A stretch of DNA of 64,000 bases. It comes from Patescibacteria group bacterium (GTDB lineage Bacteria; Patescibacteriota; Patescibacteriia; Patescibacteriales; WJLG01). A model generated the notes under the pieces. The model made no database searches and had not been told where the DNA came from. It worked only from the letters and a program-made list of their open reading frames with translations. This document shows, one piece after another, positions 1 through 10,298 of the stretch (the first letter of the stretch is position 1; each line of letters begins with the position of its first letter). The stretch lies in the NCBI GenBank assembly GCA_041652555.1, contig JBAZHE010000002.1, positions 13,409-77,408 on the forward strand, in the 5' to 3' direction. The position numbers and the translations under genes are program-made.

Positions 1-2100
1 TTCGCCTATCCGGCGATTGCTCTAGCACTTGTTTTATCCGGATTTTTTTCTTATTTTTTTTCTCTTCATCCTGAGTTAAGTTTTTTTGGTAATTATGGCC
101 GTCGGCAGGGTTTTATTCAGTTGATTTTTTATGTGGTATTTTTTCTTTTGCTTTTGATGTTTTTGCAGAATAAAAATAAGGCAAGCAAATTGGTTTGGAC
201 AACTGTTTTATCTTCTGTTATCCCGGTGTTTTACGGTTTAGCACAATTTTTTCGTCTGGATCCGTTGCATTGGGCTGAAAATATGGGACGGGTTTTTTCT
301 ACCATGGGACAGCCGAATTTTTTTGGGCATTATTTAATCTTAATTATTCCATTAACAGTTCTGGCCACTATTTTTTTAACGCGCCGTTTTTGGCCGAGAT
401 TTTTTTTATCGTCATTATTTATTTTTCAATCAATTTGTCTTTATAGTACCTTTAGCCGAGCGGCTTGGGTGGCCTTAGCTGGAGAAATTTTTTTTCTGAC
501 TGTTTTTTTTCTTTGGCTCAAAAAAGGAAAAAGATTTTTGTTTTTATCTTTATTGGCGGTTTTGTTTGTTTTTGCTGGTATAGTTTGGCTGGTCGGCAAT
601 CCGCCGGGCAAAATGTCTATTAACAATAGTTTTTTTTCCAGAATTGAAAGTATTTTTGACGCAAATTCCGCTTCTAACCGCGCCCGTCTTAATTATTGGT
701 CAGCGGCGATGGCGGCTTTTTCCGAGGCTCCTTTGAGGACAAAGATTTTTGGCTATGGTCCAGATGTTTTGTCGGACGTTTTTGCTTCGCGGTATCAGTC
801 AGAGTGGGCATTGGTGGAAAGAATTTATTCCTGGCCGGATCGTGCTCATAATTTTATTTTAGATTCTCTTCTGCATTTCGGTTTATTCGGCCTTTGGGTT
901 AGCATTTTAGCGGTGATTTATTTTTTAAAAGAAATAATTTATTTTTTTCGCCATTCCGCGCGAGATAGTTATTATTATTTTGTAGTCTTTTGTTTAACGG
1001 CTTTGTTTGGCTATTTTATTAATAACTTGTTTAGTTTTTCCTTGACTATTCTGAATGTTTTTTTTGTTGTTATCCTGTCTTCAGCCATAGCAATTATTGC
1101 CAAGCGAGAGGAGCGGATAATCTCTTTGCCACTATCTTTTTTTTCGCGTCTTGCTTTATTGTTGGTTGCGTTTGTTTTGGGAATAATTTTTATTTTTATT
1201 CGGTCTGTAAAAGTGATGGAGGCTGATCATCAGTATTTATTGGCAAAAAAAGCTGTTTCATCTGGTGAGTGCCAGCCACTTTCGTCCTTAAAACAAGCTT
1301 TTATTTTAAACACGCGAGAAAATGCATATCGTGAAGAATATCTTCACCAAGGACTTCTTTGTCTAAAAAATATTTCCGCTGAAGAAGAAAAAAACGCGCT
1401 TGAAAGCAGTTTATTTGAAGTTTTTAGGCAAATACCGGAAAAAGAAAGAAATAGCTTTGCGCTTTTAGATGAGGTTAATTTGTTGTCAGTTGTAGCTTTG
1501 AGCGATAAAAAATTTGCTTCAATGGCGGAAAAAAAGTTTCAAGATTTTTTAAAAGTTTATCCGCATCTCGGCCAAATTTATATCAATTGGGCTGATTATA
1601 AAATACAAGCTGGGGATTCTGAGGGCGCAATCAATATTATTCTAGAAGGTTTGGAAAAAGCTTTTCCTAAAAATTGGGATGATGAAAAAATTTTCTCTGA
1701 ACGGAGGCAAGATATAGCTCGTGAAATTATTTATTTCTATGAACTTTTAGGCAATTCATATCAAGCGACCGGTCAATTAGATAAAGCCTTAGATTATTAT
1801 AGTCGGATTATAAAGCTCAACCCTCTATATCTGCCGATTTATAAAAAAATTGCTGATGTTTATTATTTAAAAAAGGACTACAATATGGCTTTGTGGTATA
1901 ATAAAAGGGGCTATTCTCTAAATCCGAGTGATTATGTCTGGCCATTAGCTATTGGACTAGTTTATCAAGAAAAAGGTGACCAAGAAGCAGCTAGGGTTTA
2001 TTTGGAAGAATCTTTGAATTTAGCGCCGGAAGACAAAAGAGGTGAAATAGAAAATATTATTGCCAGTCTGAACAATACCGGCAAAAAAAACAATGAATAA
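1..2100 (+). CDS. O-antigen ligase (Wzy_C/WaaL-like) family polytopic membrane protein with C-terminal TPR repeats; 5' partial, the reading frame is open back to position 1
   Basis: No in-frame stop from nt 1 to the annotated start at 121. Many TM helices. Wzy_C-like segment (FSRAAWVALAG ... NRARLNYW ... GYGPD). C-terminal approx 250 aa has TPR-like tandem helices (YYSRIIKLNP, ALWYNKRGYSLNP, ARVYLEESLNLAP). Confidence 0.6.
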   Translation, partial: FAYPAIALALVLSGFFSYFFSLHPELSFFGNYGRRQGFIQLIFYVVFFLLLLMFLQNKNKASKLVWTTVLSSVIPVFYGLAQFFRLDPLHWAENMGRVFSTMGQPNFFGHYLILIIPLTVLATIFLTRRFWPRFFLSSLFIFQSICLYSTFSRAAWVALAGEIFFLTVFFLWLKKGKRFLFLSLLAVLFVFAGIVWLVGNPPGKMSINNSFFSRIESIFDANSASNRARLNYWSAAMAAFSEAPLRTKIFGYGPDVLSDVFASRYQSEWALVERIYSWPDRAHNFILDSLLHFGLFGLWVSILAVIYFLKEIIYFFRHSARDSYYYFVVFCLTALFGYFINNLFSFSLTILNVFFVVILSSAIAIIAKREERIISLPLSFFSRLALLLVAFVLGIIFIFIRSVKVMEADHQYLLAKKAVSSGECQPLSSLKQAFILNTRENAYREEYLHQGLLCLKNISAEEEKNALESSLFEVFRQIPEKERNSFALLDEVNLLSVVALSDKKFASMAEKKFQDFLKVYPHLGQIYINWADYKIQAGDSEGAINIILEGLEKAFPKNWDDEKIFSERRQDIAREIIYFYELLGNSYQATGQLDKALDYYSRIIKLNPLYLPIYKKIADVYYLKKDYNMALWYNKRGYSLNPSDYVWPLAIGLVYQEKGDQEAARVYLEESLNLAPEDKRGEIENIIASLNNTGKKNNE

Positions 2101-3223
2101 GCGTTTTTTAAAAGATTTAGTTTTAGATTTAGTTTATTTTTTTGGACTTGTTTTTTTATTATTCGCTCCGAAAAAAAATAACGTGCGACAAGTTGATGAA
2201 AGCAAGCCATGGCTTTTTATATCTTGTTTTAAAATAGGCGATTCTTTGTTTTTAACGTCGGTTTATAGGGAGATAAAAAATAAATTTCCCGGCGTGCGCC
2301 TTTGGGTTTTAGTGAATAATTCCGGCGCGCGCGACATTTTAAAAAATAATCCGCACATAGAAAAGGTGATTTTTGTTAAAAATTATCTGTCTGGGTTTAT
2401 TTTTTTATTTAAAAATATAACAAGAGATTTCGGCGCTATTTTTGATTATTCAGCCATTTTTTATTGGAGTTTGATTGCTAAAAGTTTGCGGCATAAATTT
2501 TATCTTATCAGGGAAAATCAGCAGAAAATTGGACATTTTTTCTTTAAAAATTTTGAAAAATTCGGTTGGAGTCGCCGTTATGAAAATCAATATATAGTTA
2601 ATTATTATTTATCGCTAGTTGATTTTTTGGGGATTAAAACCTCTAACAATAGAATGAATATTTTTTTTAGTGCGGATGAAGCCATGAGATTTAAGGATAA
2701 ATTTTCTTTTTTGCCTGAAAAATACGCGATTTTCCATCTTAGCGCTGGCGAACCGAAAAATATCTGGCCGTATTGGGCGGAATTCGCTCCAGTCTTTAAC
2801 AAAGAGTTTGATTTGCCAGTGGTGTTTACTGGGTCTGACGAAAACAACAAAAATAATTCATTTTTAACTAAAAGATTGGTTGGTGGAGATAATAATTTTT
2901 TCTTTTTGGCGGGGAAAACTTCTCTCCGCGAAGCCTTATGGCTCGTGAGTCGCGCCGAATTTTATATTGGCGGCGATACAGGCATAACGCATGCCGCGAT
3001 TTCTTTTGATAAAAAAGTTGTTATGATTTTTGGCCGAGCGAGTGATAAGCTGTATTGTCCCGATAAAAAAAACATTGTTTGCCTTAAGCCAAAAACCCTT
3101 TGTTATCCATGCTATGCTTATGATAATGTTTACTATAAATGCCCAAATCCATCTGTGCCAGATTGTACAAAATCTATTACCCAGGAAGATATTTTAGCGG
3201 TTTCGCGTAAAATTTATGGATAA
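2093..3223 (+). CDS. glycosyltransferase family 9 (ADP-heptose:LPS heptosyltransferase-like)
   Basis: GT9 C-terminal signature LAGKTSLREALWLVSRAEFYIGGDTGITHAA. Overlaps the upstream gene by 8 nt (ATGAATAA). Cys-rich C-terminal tail. Confidence 0.65.
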   Translation: MNKRFLKDLVLDLVYFFGLVFLLFAPKKNNVRQVDESKPWLFISCFKIGDSLFLTSVYREIKNKFPGVRLWVLVNNSGARDILKNNPHIEKVIFVKNYLSGFIFLFKNITRDFGAIFDYSAIFYWSLIAKSLRHKFYLIRENQQKIGHFFFKNFEKFGWSRRYENQYIVNYYLSLVDFLGIKTSNNRMNIFFSADEAMRFKDKFSFLPEKYAIFHLSAGEPKNIWPYWAEFAPVFNKEFDLPVVFTGSDENNKNNSFLTKRLVGGDNNFFFLAGKTSLREALWLVSRAEFYIGGDTGITHAAISFDKKVVMIFGRASDKLYCPDKKNIVCLKPKTLCYPCYAYDNVYYKCPNPSVPDCTKSITQEDILAVSRKIYG

Positions 3224-4130
3224 AAAAGATTTTTACAAGGAAGATTTTAGTTTAAGCGAAAAAATTTTTTGGCGCTTAAAAAAAATATCGGCGCTGTTTG
3301 GCCGTATAGATTTTGATGTTTTATTATTCTCTTTGCAATCAGCCAAAAGACGCGGTGGCTGGCCATTAATGAAATTTCTCCGCCGGAAGAAAATTACCAA
3401 TATTGATGGTGGAGAAAATATTTTAAATTATGGGGCGTATAAATTTAAAGTTCCCGCCGATAGTCTGATCGTCGCTGATCTAGTGGCAATTTTTTCTTAT
3501 CGCGATAAATATTTTAAAAAAAATTTTTTACCAAGCTGTTCTTTTGACGGGCCTTATGAAATGAATGGTTTTGAGATGAAAAAAGGAGATTTTGTGATTG
3601 ATGCCGGAGCTAATGTGGGGATTTTTTCCTTATTGGCCGGTGATATTGTCGGATCTTCCGGCTTGGTCTTTGCTTTTGAACCCGTGCCATTAGCCGCTGA
3701 TTTTTTGGAAAAAAACATTTTGCTTAATAAAAGAAAAAACATAAAAGTTTTGAAGTTTGGATTGGGAAGCAAAGCCGGCAAAGCTGATTTTAATCTGTTC
3801 TCCAGTCTAGAGGAGAGTTTAGTTTTTTTCACTGGTGGCCGGGAAAAAATTGAATTAGATATTATAAGTTTGGATGATTTTGTAAAAAATAATAAAATAG
3901 AGAAAATTGATTTTATAAAAGCTGATATTGAAGGAATGGAAAGAGATTTGCTTTTAGGGGCGAAAGAAGTGATTAAAAAATTTAATCCAAAATTATCAAT
4001 TTGCACCTATCATCGTCCTGACGACCCCGAAGTTTTGTCGGCGATAATAAAAGAATTTTGTTCTGATTATGAAATTATTTTTAGTGAGAAAAAACTATTC
4101 GCTCAAGTTCAATTTAAAAATAATCGTTGA
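3216..4130 (+). CDS. FkbM-family SAM-dependent methyltransferase
   Basis: DAGANVGIFS motif typical of the FkbM methyltransferase domain. Overlaps the GT9 gene by 8 nt. Confidence 0.6.
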   Translation: MDKKDFYKEDFSLSEKIFWRLKKISALFGRIDFDVLLFSLQSAKRRGGWPLMKFLRRKKITNIDGGENILNYGAYKFKVPADSLIVADLVAIFSYRDKYFKKNFLPSCSFDGPYEMNGFEMKKGDFVIDAGANVGIFSLLAGDIVGSSGLVFAFEPVPLAADFLEKNILLNKRKNIKVLKFGLGSKAGKADFNLFSSLEESLVFFTGGREKIELDIISLDDFVKNNKIEKIDFIKADIEGMERDLLLGAKEVIKKFNPKLSICTYHRPDDPEVLSAIIKEFCSDYEIIFSEKKLFAQVQFKNNR

Positions 4131-4133
4131 TTT

Positions 4134-4928
4134 ATGTTTTATTTTTTTATATTTTTCTCTTTGGCTATTGGCGCTATTATTGGCAGTTTTACTAATTGTT
4201 TTATTTGGCGCCTACACGAAGATGAAAGTTTGTTGGGGCGGTCATATTGCCCGCTTTGCCGTAAAAAAATTCACTGGTATGACAATATCCCGGTGATAAG
4301 CTTTTTTCTTTTACGCGGGCGTTGTCGCTCTTGTGGGGAAAAAATTTCTTGGCAATATCCATTAGTAGAAGTCGCTATGTCTTTGCTTTTTGCCACCGCG
4401 GCTTTTTTTGCAATTTCCGGAAAAATTTACAGCGGTTATCTTTTTTTTGATGCGACAACCGCCTTACGCTTGACGCGGGATTGGTTCTTTATTTTTATTT
4501 TATTAGTTGTTTTTGTTTACGATTTGCGCTGGTATTTAATTCCAGATAAGGTTGTTTTGCCGGCGATTGTTTTTATTTTTATTGTTAATTTGTTTCTAGG
4601 TTTTTCTTGGTGGTTGCTTCTACTTTGCGGTTTGGTTGGCGCTGGTTTTTTTGCCATACAGTTTATTGTTTCACGTGGTCGCTGGATGGGCGGCGGAGAT
4701 ATTCGCCTAGGCTTGTTTTTTGGTGTTTTTTTTGGTCGTTTTAATACGTTATTCCTAGCTATTTTATTGGCTTATTTTATCGGTTCGGTCATTAGCTTGC
4801 TTTTAATAGCTATTGGACGTAAAAAATGGGGTTCTCAGGTTCCTTTAGGGGTTTTTTTGGCTCCTGGGGCGATTTTAGCTCTGTTTTTTGGGGAAAAAAT
4901 TATTTCTTGGTATTTTGGCTTAATTTGA
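4134..4928 (+). CDS. pilD: type IV prepilin leader peptidase (A24 family)
   Basis: N-terminal zinc-binding CPLCRKKIHWYDNIPVISFFLLRGRCRSCGEKISWQYPLVE motif, then polytopic membrane peptidase region (DLRWYLIPD, GGGDIRLG). Confidence 0.75.
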   Translation: MFYFFIFFSLAIGAIIGSFTNCFIWRLHEDESLLGRSYCPLCRKKIHWYDNIPVISFFLLRGRCRSCGEKISWQYPLVEVAMSLLFATAAFFAISGKIYSGYLFFDATTALRLTRDWFFIFILLVVFVYDLRWYLIPDKVVLPAIVFIFIVNLFLGFSWWLLLLCGLVGAGFFAIQFIVSRGRWMGGGDIRLGLFFGVFFGRFNTLFLAILLAYFIGSVISLLLIAIGRKKWGSQVPLGVFLAPGAILALFFGEKIISWYFGLI

Positions 4929-4952
4929 GAAAAAAATTATCCACAAAATATA

Positions 4953-4981
4953 TTGGCAATAATAGTAAAGAGGTGTATAAT
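4953..4981 (+). promoter_or_regulatory. sigma70-like promoter upstream of ftsA (TTGGCA-17-TATAAT)
   Basis: TTGGCA at 4953-4958, 17-nt spacer, TATAAT at 4976-4981. Confidence 0.45.
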
Positions 4982-5048
4982 TTTAATATAAGAAAAATGC
5001 GCAGTTTAGTTTTTTAAGTAAATAAAAAATTTGAATAGATATTAATAT

Positions 5049-6305
5049 ATGAAAGGAGATACAATTGCCGGTTTAGATATCGGTACAACTGAAGCTAGGT
5101 TGGTTGTTGGGCAGAGATTGGAGGGGACTGGCGGGCGTTTGCAGATAATCGGCGCCACTTCTGTGTCATCCGAAGGCTTGAATAGGGGGGTGATCAAGAG
5201 TATTGATGACGCGACTTCTTGTATTTCCGCTTTGTTGGAAAAAGCCGAACGCTTAATCGGTGCGCCAATCGGCGAGGTTTGTGTAAGTATTTCTGATCCT
5301 TATGTTCGTTGTGAAAAAAGCAAAGGCGTGGTAGCTATCGGCAGGGCTAATGGAGAGATTACTCAGGAAGATGTGGAAAGAACAATTGAAGCGGCCCGCG
5401 CCTTGAATATTCCCCCGAACTATGAAATTTTGCATGTTGTTCCGATAAAATTTACTGTGGACAATCAAGAAGATATCCGTGATCCAGTCGGTATGAGTGG
5501 TGTTCGTTTGGAAGCGGAAGTTTTGGTTATTCAGGGCATGTCTAGTCAAGTAAAAAATTTAACCAAAGCGATCTATCGCACCGGTTTAAATATTAGTGAT
5601 TTGGTTTTGTCGCCTTTGGCTACGGGGGAAGCGGTTTTGAGCCAGAAACAAAAAGACTTGGGTGTGGCTGTAGTTTCTTTTGGCGCCGCTACAACCACTT
5701 TATCGGTTTATGAAGAGGGGAAACTCATTCACGCGGCGGTTATTCCTATTGGCTCTGAGCATATTACTTCTGACATTGCTATTGGTTTGCGTTGCCCGAT
5801 AAATTTAGCGGAAAGAATAAAAATAGATTATGGTTGTGCGTTATCCAAGAATTTTAACACTAAAGACCAGATTGATATAAGAGAATTAGCTAAAGAAGAG
5901 GAGTCAGATGAAAGTATCGGTTCAATTTCCAAAAAATACTTAGCGGAAATAATAGAAGCACGCGTAGAAGAAATTTTTGAAAAAGTTGATGAGGAATTGA
6001 AAAAAATCGATCGTTCTGGAATGCTTCCGGCTGGTATTGTTTTAACTGGTGGCGGTGCGAAATTGTCAGGTTTAGTGGAGGCGGCTAAAGAAAAATTATG
6101 TTTGCCGGCCGGAATCGGCGTTTGTAAAAACGCTGACATTGTTTTTGATAAAGTTAATGATTTGAAATATTTAACCGCCTTGGGATTGGCGATTTGGGCT
6201 AATTCCGCTATTAGTAAAACTAAGGGCAATTCATTGAGCATTTCCGGTAATATCTCCGGTTTGTTCAAAAAAATCAAGGGTATTTTTTCCGCTTTTTCTG
6301 CGTAA
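5049..6305 (+). CDS. ftsA: cell division protein FtsA
   Basis: Actin-fold motifs IAGLDIGTTEARLVVGQ and VLTGGGAKLSGL. Immediately upstream of ftsZ. Confidence 0.85.
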   Translation: MKGDTIAGLDIGTTEARLVVGQRLEGTGGRLQIIGATSVSSEGLNRGVIKSIDDATSCISALLEKAERLIGAPIGEVCVSISDPYVRCEKSKGVVAIGRANGEITQEDVERTIEAARALNIPPNYEILHVVPIKFTVDNQEDIRDPVGMSGVRLEAEVLVIQGMSSQVKNLTKAIYRTGLNISDLVLSPLATGEAVLSQKQKDLGVAVVSFGAATTTLSVYEEGKLIHAAVIPIGSEHITSDIAIGLRCPINLAERIKIDYGCALSKNFNTKDQIDIRELAKEEESDESIGSISKKYLAEIIEARVEEIFEKVDEELKKIDRSGMLPAGIVLTGGGAKLSGLVEAAKEKLCLPAGIGVCKNADIVFDKVNDLKYLTALGLAIWANSAISKTKGNSLSISGNISGLFKKIKGIFSAFSA

Positions 6306-6367
6306 ACAGCCCTTGATATTTTTTTCTTAATAAGATAGACTGAAAAAATAAAAGGAGAATAAATTTT

Positions 6368-7564
6368 ATGGCTGAAGTAAAACCAATAATTGAGACTTTC
6401 GCGAAAATTAAAGTCGTCGGCATCGGCGGTGGCGGCAATAGCGCCATCCAGAGAATGGTGGAAAGGGGGATTAGGGGTGTTGATTTTGTCGCTATTAATA
6501 CAGACGTCCAGGCTTTGCATTATAATAAAGCCGGAGAAAAATTGCACATCGGTCGCTCTGTTACCCGCGGCTTGGGTGCCGGCATGAATCCGGATTTAGG
6601 TAAGCAGGCGGCGGAAGAATCGCAAAATGAGATTCGTGACATCTTAAAGGGCTCGGATATGGTTTTTATTACTTGCGGTTTAGGCGGCGGTACAGGAACA
6701 GGTGCGGCGCCAGTGGTGGCGGAAATCGCTCGCGATTTGGGTGCTTTAACTGTAGCAATTATTACTAAGCCGTTTTCTTTTGAAGGTGGCCAAAGAAAGG
6801 CGATTGCTGAGAGGGGTTTTGCTGAGTTGGCTGATAAAGTGGACACTATCATTACCGTTAATAATGATAAGCTTTTACAGAATATAGATAAAAAAACATC
6901 TTTACTTGACGCTTTTGCTTCGGCTGATGAGGTTTTGCGCCAAGGCGTGCAAGGGATTGCGGAAATTATTACCATTCCGGGCATAATTAATGTTGATTTT
7001 GCCGATGTCAAAGCGGTAATGTCTCAGGCTGGTTCAGCTTTGATGGGTATTGGTACAGCGACTGGAGAAAATCGGGCGGTGGATGCGGCGAAAATGGCAA
7101 TAAATTCTTCTTTATTAGACATGTCTATTGACGGCGCGCGCGGCATTGTGTTTACTATTACCGGCGGGCCTGGATTGGGTATGGCTGAAGTGAATGAGGC
7201 GGCTAAAGTAATTACGGCTTCAGCTGACCAGGATGCTAAAATAATTTTTGGCGCCGTGATTGACGATAAATTAAAAGACGAGATAAAAGTAACTGTCGTG
7301 GCAACCGGTTTTGACAGTGATAATTCTAACCCCAAAGTTCACCAGGCGCATGGTTATACGCCAAACAGCTTCATAGAGCAGACTAGTAAAGAAAATAAAT
7401 CAACCATTAAGGCTTCGTCCTGGTTTGGGAAAAAAGATGAACCCGGTCCGTTAAAAAAAGCGAAAATGCCTTCTTTGAAAATGATGCAAGAAGAATCTGC
7501 CGATGAAACAGAAGACGAAGGAGAGCTTGGCATCCCGGCGTTTATTCGGAAAAAAATGCAATAA
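6368..7564 (+). CDS. ftsZ: cell division GTPase FtsZ
   Basis: Tubulin signature GGGTGTGAAP; VVGIGGGGNSAIQRM N-terminus. Preceded by AAAGGAG RBS. Confidence 0.95.
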   Translation: MAEVKPIIETFAKIKVVGIGGGGNSAIQRMVERGIRGVDFVAINTDVQALHYNKAGEKLHIGRSVTRGLGAGMNPDLGKQAAEESQNEIRDILKGSDMVFITCGLGGGTGTGAAPVVAEIARDLGALTVAIITKPFSFEGGQRKAIAERGFAELADKVDTIITVNNDKLLQNIDKKTSLLDAFASADEVLRQGVQGIAEIITIPGIINVDFADVKAVMSQAGSALMGIGTATGENRAVDAAKMAINSSLLDMSIDGARGIVFTITGGPGLGMAEVNEAAKVITASADQDAKIIFGAVIDDKLKDEIKVTVVATGFDSDNSNPKVHQAHGYTPNSFIEQTSKENKSTIKASSWFGKKDEPGPLKKAKMPSLKMMQEESADETEDEGELGIPAFIRKKMQ

Positions 7565-7571
7565 ATTTTAT

Positions 7572-7612
7572 AAAAAAAATCAGTCCCGAGCAATCGGGAC
7601 TGATTTTTTTTA
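7572..7612. terminator. bidirectional rho-independent terminator between ftsZ (+) and the aldolase gene (-)
   Basis: 9-bp stem CAGTCCCGA/TCGGGACTG with GCAA tetraloop, flanked by an A-run upstream and T-run downstream. Confidence 0.75.
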
Positions 7613-7621
7613 TAAAATTTA

Positions 7622-8611
7622 CTAAAAAGAGAATGAGAGAAATGATTTTAGGGAAATTTTTTCTTTGGGCAAAGTTGGTTTTTTAATAGTTAATTTCTTT
7701 TTTCCTTGGTATATTTTATAGGCTTCTTCGGCGGAATAATCATAAAGCGTGACTGCGGAGATGGCATTGGCCATGCGGACAGCTTCGTTTAATGGCCGTT
7801 GATAAATATTCCGTCCGACCGCTACGCCACGTGTGCCGGAAATATGGATTTGATGATGCAATTGTTCCAGGAATTTTTTCTCAGGCATTTTTTTCCCGCC
7901 GATGCAAATCACGCCTGATCGTCCGGCCGCTGTTGTTACTTCGCGGAATTTTTTGGCAGTTTCTATTGTTGGCTGGCTGTAAGGGTAGCTAATTTTTACG
8001 AAATCAGTGTCCAAGCAGACCGCCACACCAGCGCCACCGGCCAGTAAGTGAATATCTTCTTCATTTTTAACTGCTTTACCGCGAGCGTAAATCCAAATTA
8101 CCGCGAGCATTCCTTCTTGATGAGCTTTGTAGATGACGCGCGCCGCCTGCCCGAAGGACTCTGATTCAAAAGTACTGCCGATATAAACAGTATAACCAAC
8201 TCCGACAATATTTAAACCGGACGTTTTTTTAAAATTAACTATGTCTTCCATAGCTAGCCAGCGGTTAGAAAAAGGATCACGTTCTTCTTTTTTGATTAAA
8301 TTAGTTTTAGAATTAATTTTTACTATTAAAGGCGTGTTTCTACAAAGATCATTGGCATAACGTGAAAGCAACCCGGCTTGTGCGGCCAAAACGCCGATTT
8401 CCGCCCCGCAGGCAATATTAAAATAATGCTTTGGATCGGCGACCTCCGCCGGTATTCCCGGACCGACAAAATCATCGTTTAAATGCTCAACTTTTTGGTC
8501 GCAGGCAAACATCATTAGTCGGCCAGTGCCACGAGTGGCAACCTTCCAATTTTTTAAATATTCTTTCCTTTTTTCCGGCGGAACAGAAGCCGGGACAAAA
8601 ACTTTTTCCAT
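7622..8611 (-). CDS. class I fructose-bisphosphate aldolase (DhnA/FbaB-type, DeoC/LacD aldolase superfamily)
   Basis: TIM-barrel aldolase pattern (GRLMMFACDQKVEH ... VKISYP with candidate Schiff-base Lys ... GGKK). Adjacent to gpmI (glycolysis). Confidence 0.55.
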   Translation of the reverse strand: MEKVFVPASVPPEKRKEYLKNWKVATRGTGRLMMFACDQKVEHLNDDFVGPGIPAEVADPKHYFNIACGAEIGVLAAQAGLLSRYANDLCRNTPLIVKINSKTNLIKKEERDPFSNRWLAMEDIVNFKKTSGLNIVGVGYTVYIGSTFESESFGQAARVIYKAHQEGMLAVIWIYARGKAVKNEEDIHLLAGGAGVAVCLDTDFVKISYPYSQPTIETAKKFREVTTAAGRSGVICIGGKKMPEKKFLEQLHHQIHISGTRGVAVGRNIYQRPLNEAVRMANAISAVTLYDYSAEEAYKIYQGKKKLTIKKPTLPKEKISLKSFLSFSF

Positions 8612-8672
8612 AGCATTTTTTATGTTAGAATGAAGATGATTACTAATATATTATATCATATAATAAAATATT

Positions 8673-10250
8673 ATGCTAAAACCAGTAATTTTAGTTATTC
8701 TTGACGGTTGGGGGGAATGGGATGTGGAAAAAGGCAATCCTTTGAAAAAAGCGTTATTGCCGACAATCGATCGCTTAAATAAATATTATCCCAAAACTTT
8801 ATTGCAGGCTTCAGGCCTGGCAGTTGGTTTGCCTTGGGGGGTGCGAGGGAATTCCGAAGTCGGACATCAAACAATCGGCACCGGCCAGATTATTTTTCAG
8901 TATTTGCCAGCGATTTCCGCCGCTATCGGCGACGGTTCATTTTTTAACAGCCCCGCGCTTTTAGAAGCCTTTGATCGGACAATGCGCCATTCTTCTAATT
9001 TACATTTTTTTGGTTTGCTCTCTGATGGCTCCGTGCATTCTCATATTGATCATTTATTTGCTTTACTGGAAGCGGCTAAGAGAAATAAAATTAAAGAAGT
9101 TTTTATTCATGTTGTCACTGATGGTCGCGATACTCATCCGCAAAGCGCTAAGAAATATATAGTTTCTTTGCAAGCAAAAATGGCCGAGCTAGGCTTGGGA
9201 AAAATTGCCACACTTTGTGGAAGATACTATGCGATGGATAGGAATAATAATTGGGAAAGAACCGAAGAATCTTTTTCAGTTATGACTGCCGGAAGTGGTC
9301 TGAAAGAAAAAAATCCACTTTTAGCAGTTGATTTTCAGTATGAGAAAAATATTTTTGATGAATATTTAAAGCCGGTTAATTTAATTGACGAAAATGATCA
9401 GCCGATAGGATTGATTAAAGACAACGACACGATTATTTGTTTTAATTATCGCGAGGACCGTTCGCGTCAAATGGCTAGAGCCTTTATTCTTCCGGATTTT
9501 AAGGAATTTGTGGCGCCTCGGCCAAAAAATATAAAATATATTTGTTTTACTGAATATGAAGAAGGCTTGACAAAAGACGTTGTTTTTCGTCCGGATAAAA
9601 TAACCGTCCGTTTGGGAGAAATTTTATCTAAAAAGGGGCTAAAACAATTGCGCGTTGCGGAAACGGAAAAATACGCCCATGTTACCTACTTTTTTAATGG
9701 TGGCCTGGAAAAGCCCTACGCTGGCGAAGATCATTTACTTATTCCTTCAAAAAAAGTTTCCACTTATGCCACGGTGCCGGAAATGAGTGCTGAAGAAATA
9801 ACCGAAAAGATTTTGGAGGCGGTTGATCAAAATAAATATGATTTTATTTTAGTGAATTATGCTAATTCTGATATGGTCGGGCACACTGGTAATTTTGTTT
9901 CAGCTGTAAAAGCAGTGGAGACTGTTGACTCCTGTTTGTCGCGTTTGATTGATAAAGTTATTTCTTTGCGCGGCAGTCTGTTGATAACCGCTGATCATGG
10001 TAATGTGGAAGAGTTGGTTAATATCCATACCGGCGATACTGATACTCAGCATTCCAAAAATCCCGTTCCTTGTTGGTATGTAACGCTGGATAATAATATT
10101 GAATATAAAGAGGCGCTAGAGCCTTCAATCGATGGCATGCTAGTTGATTTGGCACCGACAATTTTAGATATTTTAAAAATTTCTAAACCGAAAGATATGG
10201 TTGGCCGAAGCCTTTTACCGCTTTTCGGTGAAGTTAAAAAAGAAGAATAA
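8673..10250 (+). CDS. gpmI: 2,3-bisphosphoglycerate-independent phosphoglycerate mutase
   Basis: VILVILDGWGE N-terminus, metal-binding ADHGN and SDMVGHTG motifs. Confidence 0.9.
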   Translation: MLKPVILVILDGWGEWDVEKGNPLKKALLPTIDRLNKYYPKTLLQASGLAVGLPWGVRGNSEVGHQTIGTGQIIFQYLPAISAAIGDGSFFNSPALLEAFDRTMRHSSNLHFFGLLSDGSVHSHIDHLFALLEAAKRNKIKEVFIHVVTDGRDTHPQSAKKYIVSLQAKMAELGLGKIATLCGRYYAMDRNNNWERTEESFSVMTAGSGLKEKNPLLAVDFQYEKNIFDEYLKPVNLIDENDQPIGLIKDNDTIICFNYREDRSRQMARAFILPDFKEFVAPRPKNIKYICFTEYEEGLTKDVVFRPDKITVRLGEILSKKGLKQLRVAETEKYAHVTYFFNGGLEKPYAGEDHLLIPSKKVSTYATVPEMSAEEITEKILEAVDQNKYDFILVNYANSDMVGHTGNFVSAVKAVETVDSCLSRLIDKVISLRGSLLITADHGNVEELVNIHTGDTDTQHSKNPVPCWYVTLDNNIEYKEALEPSIDGMLVDLAPTILDILKISKPKDMVGRSLLPLFGEVKKEE

Positions 10251-10298
10251 AAAAATAAAAAACGCTATTTTTAAAATAACGTTTTTTATTTGGATTTT

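Noticed and set aside
3554-4006. 150-aa minus-strand ORF inside the FkbM methyltransferase gene, and similar antisense ORFs (2605-2850, 11332-11679, 52721-53101, 56756-57328)
   Set aside because: Antisense to better-supported genes; low-complexity Lys/Ser/Phe-rich translations typical of AT-rich antisense frames.
5828-7335. Minus-strand ORFs (5828-6547, 6520-7011, 7024-7335) overlapping ftsA/ftsZ
   Set aside because: Antisense to strongly supported conserved genes; low-complexity translations with no motifs. Typical spurious ORFs.
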